A DNA stretch of 64,000 nucleotides from Toensbergia leucococca (Eukaryota). A model generated the notes under the pieces. The model worked only from the letters and a program-made list of their open reading frames with translations, ran no database searches and had not been told where the DNA came from. Position numbers and translations under genes: made by a program. This document shows positions 1 through 14,125 of this stretch, piece after piece; positions within the stretch are counted from its first letter, which is position 1; each line of letters opens with the position of its first letter. The DNA lies in contig JALDZS010000050.1 of assembly GCA_022813965.1 (NCBI GenBank), positions 62,001 through 126,000 of the forward strand, read 5' to 3'.

Positions 1-112
1 TATTCTTACTCGTGCCCTCTTCCACACTTATCAGTGACAGTGCATTGCATACTTTCCCAAATATTGCTTGATCTATCTACTTTAATTCCTGCAGATCTGT
101 GCACTTACTAAA

Positions 113-1721
<1,609 letters not shown>

Positions 1722-2514
1722 AGGGGATTTGGGTAGTGGAGAAAAAGGGATGATGAAGGAGGGGTTTTGGTAGATAGTGGACGATATCATATGTACAGAA
1801 GCGGACACAAAAAAGCTGGATACTTGGAACTTTGATTATTGAAATGAGCCTTCTATCTCTGTACCCGTGTTTCGTTTTGATATTGAACTTGCATGAGTGA
1901 TGGGATTCCTGACGCACGCTAGGTTAAGGTTTTTGTGAAATCAGGACCCATGAATCCTTCATCTGACGGGTTTAAAGTATAAGAAAAGCATAGGTGTCAG
2001 AAAAGCGTAGGTTGAAAACTCAGACCCAAACCCTTGGCAAAGAATAAGTCAGTGAAATGTGACTGAGATCCAAAAAGTAGAGGGGGCCCTAATGTTTTTC
2101 TGAAGACGGAAGTATTGAAGGGGCTGAGGTCAAGAAAAAAAAGGGTGGGGTTTCGTTGTAGTGAATGAATATTCCACGTGTTGTTTTTGTTATGAGTACC
2201 TACAAGTTTGATATTGAGAAGGAAATTTGTTGCACATGACTTAAGCATCTTTCAACAACTCCCCCCTCTCATTCATTCAAATATTTTCACCACAAAAAAA
2301 AAAAAAAAAAACATGACCCTCACATCACACAAATTTCAACTTCCTGAACCAGTACAGCTTAGTCTAACCGTTTCGAAAAATCTTGCCCCTTTTCCCTCTC
2401 CCCCCCTCCGCCTCAAAAAAAACCTTCTATACACCCCTACTACCACACCAGACTACCTTCCTTCCCTACAGCCCCCCATCAAGCACCCATCATACTCTCT
2501 CATCACAGCCAAGA

Positions 2515-3849
2515 TCATCGCTCCTTCCCCTCCCCAAGCCCAAACATACCCACTGAATTCCTCCACGCCCTACCACCAAAAAAAATCAGCAAACCATCCC
2601 CCAATCTCTGTCAACCAGAAAACAAAAACAAAAAAAAACCATGCACAGAGAAAGATACTAAGAGTAGAATTAAAAAAAATGAAAAAAAAAAAAACTCACG
2701 CATCGCACACATCCTCAACTGCCAGCCCTTTGATCCCCGCAATGGCATACGCCACGTGAACAATCGAGGCCGGTTCGTTGCGGCCTTTGACCATTAATCC
2801 GGGTCGCCATTTTTCTTTGCGCACGGCTTTTGGAAGCGGTGGAGCATCCGATGTGTGGGAAGCGGAGGCGTGGGAGGGACGGAGTTCACACTGGGTGGGG
2901 GTTAGTTGGGGGGTGAGATACAGGGGGAAAGTATGGATAGAAGTGTGGGTTGGGCAGTGGTTCTATATGTAATATTTGGAGAGCACGTGACAAGTAAGAT
3001 TTGGTCAGGAATACGAACCCACGGCCCATCAGTTTCGATCTGTATTCTCTCCAAGGGAATCGCCCGTACGACGTCCAGGTTTTCTTCCGTTTTCATACTG
3101 CACCCATTAACACCGATATCGAATCCCATAGCCACCAGCCTCTGCATCTCCTCCACCGTCCCCGTAAAGCTATGCACCAACCCCCTCTTTGGCAGCTGAG
3201 CCAATCTACTACCAAGAATCCTCTCGAAATCCTCAGAGGCGGCCCGAGAATGCAGGAATAAGGGAAGCTGAACTTTGGTTGCTATCTCGAGTTGGGCTTC
3301 AAAGTATTTGAGCTGCTGCTCTTTTTTGGAGTGGTAGAGACGGTCGTAGTCCAGGCCGATTTCTCCAAAAGCGGTGGTTAGGCCTGTTTCTTTGGATGTG
3401 AGGGCTAGGGCTTCGAGGTCGTGGAGAAGCGAGGAGGGACCAGAAGGATAGGTATCGAATGAATTGACGGAGCAGGGATGGACGCCGACGGTTGCGTAGC
3501 AGAGGCCCCCTGTAGATCACGCCTTTCAATTTGGTTCTATTCCTATTCCTTCTGTTTGTGGAAAGACACATATGTCACGTACGATGCTCCTCGGCCATCT
3601 TGACAGCTTTCCTCGACTCATCCAGATCTGATCCCGTCACCATAAACTTGACGCAGCCCACATCAATCGCCCTTTGTAGCACGTCATCCAAGTCATCGTC
3701 GTGGACCTTCTTGCCATGGTAAATGCCGCGGAAGATTGGATCACCAAGATTGATACCCACCTGGATGCTGTCAGGCATGCTTGAATGGGGGGTAACAATG
3801 GAAAGCTATGCTGACCTACGTCGGCGAATCTGAGTCTGTTGGTTGGCAT
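2515..3849 (-). CDS. TatD-family deoxyribonuclease, multi-exon
   Basis: Exons encode RFAD|VGINLGDPIFRG..H..DLDDVLQRA, TVGVHP, HSFTG, GVNGCS, ETDGPW, KGRNEP and a last exon AWRNSVGMFGL. These motifs are typical of TatD/TATDN1. Start codon is approximate. Confidence 0.9.
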
Positions 3850-4153
3850 GATGACAGCTTGACCGTGAAGGACTGGCGCTGGAGAAATGGACGTGACTGT
3901 GGCTGAGGACACAGATGCAGGTACAGAAGGTCCGGGACTTGATGCCACTGATCAACATCGTAGTCAGCTATTGTACACAGCAGGTCTTTTCCAAAGTCTG
4001 GGTCTTCAACCGAAGGCACTTACTACCGCGCGAGCCGTATATATCAGGGATCCTCCACCGTGTTATGATGCCGGAGAAAGTCCTTTGAGGCCAAGAAGAT
4101 ACTTTGTTCATGAGTCATGGCCACTCTCTGGCAATGACATTGTGAAATCGATA

Positions 4154-4804
4154 CCGTATAATCTGTCATATAAGATATGGTCGGCTTACAAGATATACTC
4201 CGCTATAAGATATGGTTCCAAATCGATTTCTACAGACCGAGGGAGTTTTGGTCTATAAGATAATATCTACATGTGGGGGGGGGTCTCAGGTATGTATTCC
4301 ACCTCCTCATCATCATCCTCATCGTCATCCTTATCATCAGTGTCAAATACCTGAACCTCCTCCCCCTCCTCCTCTTCCTCCTTATTTTCATCCACCGAGT
4401 CAAGATTGGTTGTTTCTTCAGATCCTCTAGTTCAGTCCCCCACCTGAATATCTGGTATATCCTTGATTCATAACTTCTTATCCTCGCTCCCATCCATAGC
4501 TAGGGAAATTCCTACTTGTCTAAAGGTTTTGCGTATCAAGTCTGTATGAGGGGGGGCCATGACTAGATAGATGTGTACAGATGAGATGTGTAAAGATGAG
4601 GCGGGGATGTGTTAGGGAGGTTGGTAGTGAGTATGGTGAATTTCTCAAGTGAATGTATTGATTCTCAGCTCAGACCTTGCCCGAGGACCGAGTATAAGAT
4701 ATGGTTTGTCTATAAGATATACTCCGCTATAAGATATGGTTCCAATTGGACCTCAGACGATGAACGGACTATAAATTAAGTATCTTATATGACAGATTAT
4801 ACGG
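4154..4804 (-). mobile_element. Internally deleted non-autonomous Tc1/mariner-superfamily (pogo-like) DNA transposon
   Basis: Perfect 24-bp TIRs CCGTATAATCTGTCATATAAGATA (4154-4177 / 4781-4804) and TA target-site duplication (4152-4153, 4805-4806). Minus-strand remnant reads LIRKTFRQVGISLAMDGSEDKKL* followed by an acidic tract, like pogo transposase C-termini. Confidence 0.9.
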
Positions 4805-5072
4805 TAATTGCCCACTGTCTATCCTTACTCGGCAAATTGCTATGGCTCGGATCTACGTGCCTCCGTTTACCGCTGATAAGGGGGCCCCTGAACAGCATTC
4901 AATAAAGACCTCGAGACTTCGTAAAGTGCTGCATACCGATTTCTATTACGTATTGGGACCTGAGCGCATTTGTTCATGAACAAGTATTCAACGTGTCATT
5001 GTCTAACATCAACTAATAACGAACAAAACACTCCTGATGGCATAACATCGTGTGTAACACGTCAAATGTTCT

Positions 5073-6965
5073 TCAGCAGCATGTCGCGCTCGTTCTATTC
5101 ATTTTAAATCCTCCAGGAACCATGTTTTGAAAGACTTGATCCGGATCATGTTGAGAAGATACCGCCTGCATCGCTGCAACATTCTTGACCCCGTAGCTAG
5201 CGATGGGGTCCTGTGACTGCATTGCGTAATTAAGATACAAGTACTCATTGTGCTGCCCTTTGCTTTTCGCATATTGAATAGCCTGCGTGAGAAGATACTG
5301 GGTTGCGTTATTCACTGCAACGTCGTCGGATGTTTCTGACCATTGAATTGTAAGATCAAGCCCTGCATTATATTTCAATTAGTGGAGTGATGCAGATGGA
5401 TCATAGCCTATGCGGAGCCCTTACAGACTAGGTTTCCACTAGACTCGTCAATTCCTAGAGAATTTCCTCCCGTTAAGGCACCTTTGTCAGTGATAGAAGT
5501 TGGTATCGGTTGTAAAACAAAACTTGCTTGGAAATCTTTCACGGTTTGAATGGGCAGGAAAGCCGTCTGCGCAATGGAAAATATTTCGGAGAATAATGAA
5601 GCATTGTTGGCAAATGTTGCTGTGCCAAAGAGTTGGCTATTGCAACGTTAGCATTACCCAAATTCGGAGAGACGGTCTCAGATCAAAGCAATGCATACCG
5701 AAACCCATTCGGGGTCCCTTTCCAGATGTTAGCGGCTCGTTGTATTATGGGGGGATGAACTGGAAGGAACTCACCTTGCCCAAGTTCTATAGTTATGTTC
5801 GTTAGATTAGTGATTCGCATTGTATTAGATAATTGCGGCTGGACGTCTGTAAAGTTTTTGAGTATTGCAGGATAAGCTTCAGCTTTGGTGTAGGTATATT
5901 GGTTAGCAATATAGCTGAAGCCTTTGGGAGTAAATATGTAGGAGTTGATCACTGTTGCATAGGGGTCTTCTCCAGCTCCAGAAGCAGTCGTGAAGTTTTG
6001 GAGCAATTCGAACTGTTCTGTAGCCGTTGTAGGTGGGTATATAATGAAGCCTCCCCATAGTTTACCTTGCTGAAAAGTCTTCAGGTCAAATCTTGTGATG
6101 ATACCGAAATTGTTAGATCCTCCTTTGAGGGCTTTATGAAGATCAGGATTTTCAGACTCGCTGGTGTTGACTACGAGACCAAGACCTGTGACAATCTGCG
6201 ATGAAATAAGCGCCGTCTTCATGGCAGAACGCCGGGATTTTACACCGACCTCAAATCTCTCTACGTTGTCACACACGAATCCAAATCTTGGGGCAAAGAA
6301 AGAATTACCACCTAAGAAGGTCAGTTGTTCAAACATGGCTATTTGCCCAAGACATGACGTACCTCCACTTGTAAGACCTCCGACTCCCACGTCGTAGACG
6401 CGTCCACCGGATACTGCAAGATCCATGGCATCTAGTTTCAAATATACATCCTCCCATCTAGCTCCACCACCGACTGATGTGATGGTACGATCCTTCGAGA
6501 CAGTGACTTGATTCATCTCACCCAAATCAATGGTAATACCATCCTGCATGTTGGCCGCTCCTGCCCACGACATATGGCCACCACCTCTGACGGCAAAGTT
6601 GCACTGAAGGCGTGAAAGTTCCACGACTGCAACAGATACATCATAAACACTTGTAGGCGTGACTCTACATGCGGGGGTAACAGATGCTTCTTGTTGTGTC
6701 CAGTAACCAGATGACCCATTCTGTTGATTCTGAAAGGTAGAGGAACCGGGGAATGATACTTTGTTGAGAAGGATACTGTGAAGTCGGGTGCACTGGCGAT
6801 ACGTGGTTTAGGTCAGCGAGCTATCTTTGCAGGTTCAGACAGGATGATATTTACGCAATCTGTACTTGATCCCAAAGCTCTAATTGGCAGATTTGCTTCA
6901 TCGGCAAGCGATGCAGCATGAACAGATAGCAATGCAGCTAGCCATGTGAAAAGTAAAAGTAGCAT
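5073..6965 (-). CDS. Secreted FAD-linked oxidoreductase (FAD_binding_4 / BBE-like), multi-exon
   Basis: Signal peptide MLLLLFTWLAALLSVHA; FAVRGGGH, VGVGGL, LKGGSNNFGIITRF; C-terminal YLNYA...DPDQVFQNMVPGGFK. Confidence 0.9.
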
Positions 6966-8102
6966 CCTTGTTCATACGGTAGATGTATTGGAAAGGGATG
7001 CGTATGTACACAGTAAGCAGTGAATCAACGCGGGTACAGAACAAGAAAAGCTTCCGGCCATCCCTTTTCATTAGAAAGAAAGCAATAAGAACGCCATGAC
7101 CCATCGCATGAGGGCATACAAGGACCCATTTTGGACAGTGGTCTTGCGATGAGGATTGCCATTGAAACACTTGATGCGGTGAAGGAACAAGGACCCAGAC
7201 ATCTTCCCGACTCCCGAGTCCCGAACCAACTTATATTTTCCATTGTTATTTAATACGGAAATAATTTCATCGCACACTCCAAATAAATCGTCGGAATGCT
7301 GTCATCTGAAGACTCAATCTTCTTTGAGAGATTGGGATGCCAAGAAATGGGGAGAGATCTTCATGAAGCCCGAACAAGAAATCAAGACATGTTCCGGGCC
7401 GTTTGCATGCAGCGGACATGCAGATGAACCGTCGAAGTTTATGCTGCTGTCAAACGGATTCAACAGAGACTACCCGCGCCACAAGCCATCGTCAGCAAGT
7501 CATGTAAAGTCATCTCCTTGCAGCGATCAATGCAAGAAAGGTCATGGCGTCACATCTGGACTACGAGACTACTTATGCCGCAAATCAAGTCTAGGTAGCT
7601 AGCATCTCGCGCCGTTGGGTTAAGCTTCGTGCAGGATTCAATCTCATGCGTTCCAATCGATTTCCATTCAGCCTCTCTGCCTATCCACTTATTTTGCAGA
7701 AGACCAACCCTGATCTCATCCCACAGCGGTTTCACTTGGGCTAAGTAAACCATGTGCACCAGAAGATACTACATTACCAAGACGAAGACAATCGAGTGTT
7801 CGAGCAAAACTGATCTCGTTCTTCGCCTTGTTCCAGTCAATCCAAGCTTTTCATTGGTGCCATGGAAGCCGGCCATGGCTTGTGCCTTGCTGTATGCGGT
7901 ATTACTGCAGGTCATGCTCGTGCATTAACGCTGGACCTCTTTCGGTGCTGCAACCTGAAGATGAGTGGTAGCATTTTGTCTGGACGAGACCCATTATCTC
8001 AATCCTTCAAATCATCTATAGTTGTCCAATGTACTCTGTTTTCCTACACCCTTCGAGCTTGTTTTCAGGAGGCTGTGTGAAGGTACGAACCCAGATCCAG
8101 CA

Positions 8103-9512
8103 ATGGCCGAGGTGGACAACATTGGCGCCTTGACTCCTCAAATGCTTATGGTATGTTAGACATGGAAACCAAATCTATCCTCGTCTCACTAATTTCAGGG
8201 TATCATCTGGTTTATGGTATCCTTTGCAATCATTTTTACTATACTCCGAACATCTATCCGCCTTTACGTATCAAGGCGGCTATTCTTCGATGATGCCTTT
8301 GTATATTTTGCCCTTGCTGTTCTCGTCGCCATGGCCGTCATGTACAACTATGCTATCCCTCCCATGTTCGAGGTCGTCCGTGTTACCAATGGACAGGAAC
8401 AGCCTACCTCGACATTCTCCGAACATGCCACATTATTCCTCAAGCTACAATTTGCTATAATCGTATTGTTCTGGACTAGCTTATGGGCCGTCAAGTTTTC
8501 CTTCTTGATGTTTTATAGACGACTGTTTGTCGGCCTTCCTGTGCTCATGCGTTGTTGGTATGCGGTTGGTGCATTTAGTCTGGTGGCATATCTTGGGTGC
8601 TGGGCCACCCAGCTGGATTCTTGCATCCCCATCTCAAGCTACTTCGTTATTGGTAGGCCTACTTTGGAGTCCATGACTGTCCGACACTAATATCTATAGG
8701 TGCCTGTGAAACAAGGAGGGATGTATATGTGTCGAATTTGAGTTTGTATTACTCTACAGCCGTTGATATACTATGCGATCTTTTTGGTAAGGAATCATGT
8801 TCTTCCCATCTTGACGACCAAGCCTGATTGTCACTCTAGTAATGGCTCTTCCGCTGCGTCTACTATGGGGTCTTCAGATTAGTAGGCGGCAGAAAATAGC
8901 TTTAGCCGCCATTTTCTCATTGGGTTTCATTATAATCATATTCGCCATCGTTCGTGTCACTCAGACCAGCGCCTCCTCTCATCATGTCGATCCAGTCTGG
9001 CTTGCCTTATGGTCTGTAATTGAAGCTAGTGTTGGTATGTCGAATATCAAACTCCTTCCCTGGTTCATCCGCTCGGGACTGATCCATCCCAACCAGCGGT
9101 CATTGTGTCCTGCCTACCCTCCTTTCGTGTCCTTGTTAGCACCGGTACAGTGTCATTCTACAAAGGTAACCCAACCTCTACCTCGTGTTCTCGCAACTCC
9201 CGAAACCACAAAGGTGCCACTCGTCTAGATCAGCTTGACGTGGAAGCCAACAACATTGGAGGTATGGGTAAAGCTAGAGGAGGAGTACGAATGGAACATA
9301 CTGCGATTGCTGAGCGACTTGATCCAGTTGTTGCAGAGGCGGAAGCCAGGGAGAGTGCTGGCGTGGAAAATCGGGAGACCAAAATGCCGCCTGTACCCAA
9401 TGATGTTATGCTTGTTCGGAATGATTTTGTGAGTCGATTTTCCCATATCCATGGACATGCCTTGAGGCCAGTGCTGATGACGAACCAGTACTTGACCACC
9501 GAGACCATATGA
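8103..9512 (+). CDS. Pth11-like (fungal rhodopsin-domain) integral membrane protein, multi-exon
   Basis: Hydrophobic helices with R..IRLY..RRLFFDD, LWAVKFSFLMFYRRLF, MALPLRLLWGLQISRRQK, WSVIEASV, SCLP; GT-AG introns join the ORF pieces. Confidence 0.88.
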
Positions 9513-9841
9513 GTTTTCTTTTACTTAACCTCACAGTGTTGGGCTCGTTACGATAGTCTCCGCAAAAGGTTGCATTAGGGGCGTTCGCTGTCTATGTCCG
9601 ACCATCGTTAAAGAAAAAGGGATCTCACATGATTACTCAAGCCCCCCGAGTCCCAAGCGAAACACAAGTAGTAAATGTTTCGAGTAACGGTAAGTAGGAT
9701 TCAAATACTGACAAAAGGCATACTCCCCGAATCAAGCAAAGCAATGACTTCCCCTCCCAACCCAATCAGACCCCAACATCCCGCAACCTTGTATCCGCCA
9801 TCCGTAGCATCACTCTAAAGACTCCATTCCTAGCCACAAAG

Positions 9842-10188
9842 TCAAACAGCCTTCTCCTCCCCATCCTCCCACCCCGCCTTAACTACTTTCCCCGTCTTCT
9901 TGATCTTCTCTAATACAGTTTCGTACCCAACACTCGGTTCTGTAACCACGTTCGCCGTCTGCTGCTCTAGGGATACATTGTAGGATTTCACACCTGTTGT
10001 TCATGCAAACGTCAGTACTTGATAGAATAATGCGGCGTTGGATGCGAGGGTGAGAAGGGGGCCGATACAGGAGGATGTGAGGGGAAACGGGAGGATTTAC
10101 CGTCTAATTTCTTAAGCACACGCTCCACAGCGCCGGAGCAACCGCCGCAGGACATGGTGATGTCGAACTTGTAGTTGTGGTCTGCCAT
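9842..10188 (-). CDS. ATX1: Copper chaperone (HMA domain), 2 exons (10188-10101, 9993-9842); absent from the ORF track
   Basis: Spliced translation MADHNYKFDITMSCGGCSGAVERVLKKLDGVKSYNVSLEQQTANV...EKIKKTGKVV has the MxCxxC metal site and KTGK motif. Confidence 0.93.
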
Positions 10189-11815
10189 TTCAGATATTGT
10201 CTTTGAGACAAATGGATAAAGGGCGGCGAACTGATATTGTTTGTGTAGGGAGTTCGGGCTTGCTGGATTTTAGGTAGTCTGTGTGTATGATTAGAGGTGA
10301 AGAGGAGGGTTTGGAGCTTTGGATATGAAAGGCGGGGGAGATGAGATTCTTATAGCTTTTCTTTAGGGATTATCAATCTGCATTCCTCGATATTCGATGA
10401 TTACTGTATTAGATTGACGAGGTGGCGATCAGGGTTCGCCATCACAGATGCGGTAAAGCGCCATGAATAGGCGCACCAATTGACGACGACGTCTTCGATT
10501 CACTCTTCAGATTCCCTGCAGATGATGAAACAGTCTAGGAGTTTTCGTGATTTACAATCTTACCTAGATCCTATCAACAGCCTTCCAGCTTCCAGCATCC
10601 AGCACCCACAAAAGGGATACATCCAACCTCCAAGAACAAAGGTCTCTTCACAAATTTAGTGTCCTAGATTCACCCCACGAAAGAGTTTCCATGCTCTTAC
10701 CCAACTCCACGAGCTCCGAAATACCATCATCCACGTCCACACGACGGGGAACGCCTGACGTGAAAGACGCCGTCATTGGAGGGCCTTCTTGGAATTCGAG
10801 GGTCTGGAAATCACTGTATGATTGACAGCAGTGGGAGAAGGGTCTTTAAAATCGGCTTGAAGTGGGCTCTTGCTCGGGCATACTTGATTAGATGGCTCAG
10901 GTCTGGGAAGTGTTGTTTTCGTGTTCGTGAGGCTTGGAGTATGGAGAACACAGGTATATGGTTATCTTGAATTGTCTGTGTAGTATTTTGATTCTATAAG
11001 ACCTTCTTGTACAATCAACCATATACTTGCAGTGAATTGCATATTCAGCATGGCTGCTGCATATGTTCAATTGGTAGCTACTATCGTCGTCGAGCTGACA
11101 TAGAGGTTAACGAGAACCCAGGAGACGAAGTCCTGCTGCAATCGGATGAGCCATATTCATTATGCTTGAGGAATTCAAGTTATCGATGGCATTCGTTGAC
11201 AACTAAAGTAGTCCTTTTGTTAGGCTCCAAGCATGATATTCGTGGTCTTATGGGGTTGAAAAGAGTACAGACTGTACGTAAACCCACATACACAGTCAAT
11301 AGGACGAAAGCATGACTACATTTCACAAGTCATCAGCAATGGTCTGCGATGCTGTGTTCTCGATGTACTACATCGCCAAGGGCTGTTCGTCCAGGGTGCC
11401 AGTCAGTGGGAGACTACGGTACGTATCCAAAGTGGGCTTTGGACTAATAATCTTTAAGCCCATCCTGTTCCATAGATGCTCAGGACTCTACACTGTCCGA
11501 AAAATTGGATTCTAGTGGCTACTTGTACGATCTACGAAGTGGGTACGGAGAAGGGGACAGAGAATGCTTTAGAGCAGAAAGAAATGTACACGAGAGAGGT
11601 TGACTGACAAGGAAAGCCAAATTACAGGAAAAGCTCAATCACAACATTCGTGGAACGCTGCTCATGTACCGGAGCCTGGGGAGATGACCAACAACTAGAG
11701 ACGCGAAGGACCTGACGGTTGAGTACACGACTCACGCAGAGAACTACAAGCGCAAAATCCGAGGCATGGAAAAGAATTTTCAGAGCAGATGGACCGATGG
11801 AAGTAAGTCTCAAAG

Positions 11816-13732
11816 ACTTACTCTAGGAAAAAGGGACTTCTCCTGTAGCCTCTACAGGAGATAGCGAACGGCACATTCGCGAAGACTCGGATCTTTGATG
11901 AGAGACCTCGAACAAAAAGTGGTCAGTACCAAGAGACGCTAACAAAAGGGAGACTTGATTAACTTACGACTCACGAAAACAAATTTGAGCCCTCCCTTCC
12001 AGTACAAGAGAGGGCGATGGTTGAAGACGCGAAAACCCGGGTTCTGTGGAATTAGCTCTCCGAGCAAAGAGCAGTCAGTGACAAGAGACGCAGGAAGAAG
12101 CATGATACTTGGGTCAAAAGAAGGCTTACTGAAAGAATGTCGGCCCTTTCTCGTAGAGAGGAGAGAGAGAAGATAGATGAAAGCGTGAAAACCCAGGTTC
12201 AGTTAATAGGGTCTCGGAGTAAAGATAGTCAGTATCAAGAAACGCAAGAGCAAGTGAAAGACTCAAGACAAAAGCCTTACCAACAGATTGTTGACCCTCT
12301 CGTGTAAAGAAGAGAGGGTGAAGATGTATGAAAGCGCGAAAACCTGGGGTGAATAGGATCTCAGAAAAAGAGTGGTCAGTATTAACGCGAGATGTAGAGA
12401 CAGAGTCAAGTCCACAATACTTACCATTTGAAAAATGAGCACTTCCTCATGAAGGAGGAAGGGCATTGGACAAGGTGCGAAAACCCGGGGTTGGAAGATG
12501 ATGTCTCGAAATAGAAGTGGTCAGTAAAAAGAGACACGAGAGGAAACGAACAGTGGCGTCCCCCACTTACAGTAAAGAGAAAGCCCTGTCTCCAAAGACA
12601 CAGGGCGGTGGACAGCAACGCGAAAACTCGTTTGCAGTGTGATAGGTATCTCAAAGAAGGTGGTCAGTAACAAGAGACGCAAGATGAAATAGAGAGCAGA
12701 GTTCACCACCCACTAGCAAAGAAGAACAAAAAGGAAGTCCCTATATCTCCGGAGGAAGGGTAGTAGACAGTAATGCAAGAACTCGAATTCAGTAAAGGAG
12801 ATCTCAGAGAAGGTGGTCAGCAACGAAAAATGCAAGACAAAACAAAGAGCGGAGTCCACCACTTACTAGTGAAGAACACAGAGAAAGAATGCGCTCTCTC
12901 TCCGAGAAGAGGGAAGTGGACAGTAAAGCAAAGCCCGGGATCGTTAAGAATATATCAGAAAAGAACCACTGGTCAGTAACAAGAAACGCGAAATGATAGG
13001 AGAGGTCAGTCAACCACTTACTGAAAAGGAAAGAAGACCCTCTCCGGAGAGAGAGGGCGGTGGACAGTAACGCAGAAATTTGGCTTCGGTAAGTAAGATC
13101 TCGGAGGAAAACATTGGTCAGTAACGAGAGACGCAGAATGGTAAGAGAAGCAAGTTGGCCACTTACTGAAAAGAAAAAAGGCCCTCTCCGGAGAGAGGGC
13201 GGTGAACAATAACGCAATGAAGCCGCGTTCAGTAAACTAGGACTCAAAAAGGAACACTGGTCAGTAACAAGAGACGCGAGATGACGGGAGAGCTAAGTCA
13301 GTCACTTACTAGACAAAGAGGGCGGGGGACAGTAAAGCACAAAAGCTGTACTCGATAGACTAGGACTCGAAGAAGAACAGTGGTCAGTAACAAGAAGCGC
13401 GAGAAGAGGAAAAGTGGAGGGTTGACTTACTGCCGCCATTCAAGACAGCCACTGTTTTCGTTTCGGTAGCGTGGTGTTCAATAAACTAGGACTCGAAGAA
13501 GAAAAGTGGTCAGTAACAAAAACGCGAGAAGAGGAAAAGTGGAGGGGGTTAACTTACTGCTGCCCTCAAGACAGCCACTGATTTCGAATCGGTAGCGCGA
13601 AAAGCTGTGTTCAGTAAACTAGGACTCGAAGAAGAAAAGTGGTCAGTAACAAGAGACGCAAGAAGTGGGAAGGTGGAGGGTTGACTTACTGCTGCCATCC
13701 GGGGCAGCCGCTGATTTCGAATCGCGACCTAG
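11816..13732 (-). repeat. Degenerate tandem array of 13-14 units (123-156 bp), each carrying a minus-strand 5' splice site and branch point; non-coding
   Basis: Plus-strand GTCAG (minus CTGAC) at 11922, 12074, 12228, 12375, 12520, 12663, 12816, 12972, 13117, 13260, 13383, 13509, 13642. ACTTAC-like hexamers (minus GTAAGT) end 45-55 nt to the right of each. Confidence 0.9.
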
Positions 13733-14125
13733 AAGACACCAGCAGTACAAGGCAGATTAGCAGTACAAGACAAAGACGACGCGGAAACAGAAAGAATCCA
13801 AAGCAAAGACGACGTGGTAAAAAAAAGAATACAAGGTAAAGACAGTGCGATAACAGAAAGGACGTAATCAGTCCGAGATTCTTTAGGATGATTTTGGGTT
13901 TTTTTAATTTTTTTTGGTGGAGTTGCCTCCTTTTTGTTTTTTTTTTGGGAACATCAATGCTGGTCTGGCAGAGCGTCCAACATATAAAAAGAAAGACTCA
14001 ACTGTGGGTGCCGCGCCAAGATCTGACCAGGATCTCGCGGTGTGTGTATTGTCAGTTGAAGTCGACCGCCTATCAATGGTCAGCTGGATTCGAAAGTCGA
14101 CGACGATGGAGGCAGGACGACTTAC

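Noticed and set aside
13091..13103. 13-mer AAGTAAGATCTCG shared with the 61.7-kb repeat
   Set aside because: A single 13-nt match is expected by chance in 64 kb and there is no extended homology.
11816..13732. CRISPR array (conserved TGGTCAGTAACAAGAGACGC with spacers)
   Set aside because: Eukaryotic context with no cas genes. The repeats are degenerate and the 'spacers' are over 100 bp and homologous to each other.
11816..13732. Intronic snoRNA cluster or repetitive protein-coding gene
   Set aside because: The introns are about 72 nt with no box C (RTGATGA) seen. Exon lengths break frame and the spliced product has only short ORFs. Track ORFs over the array look incidental.
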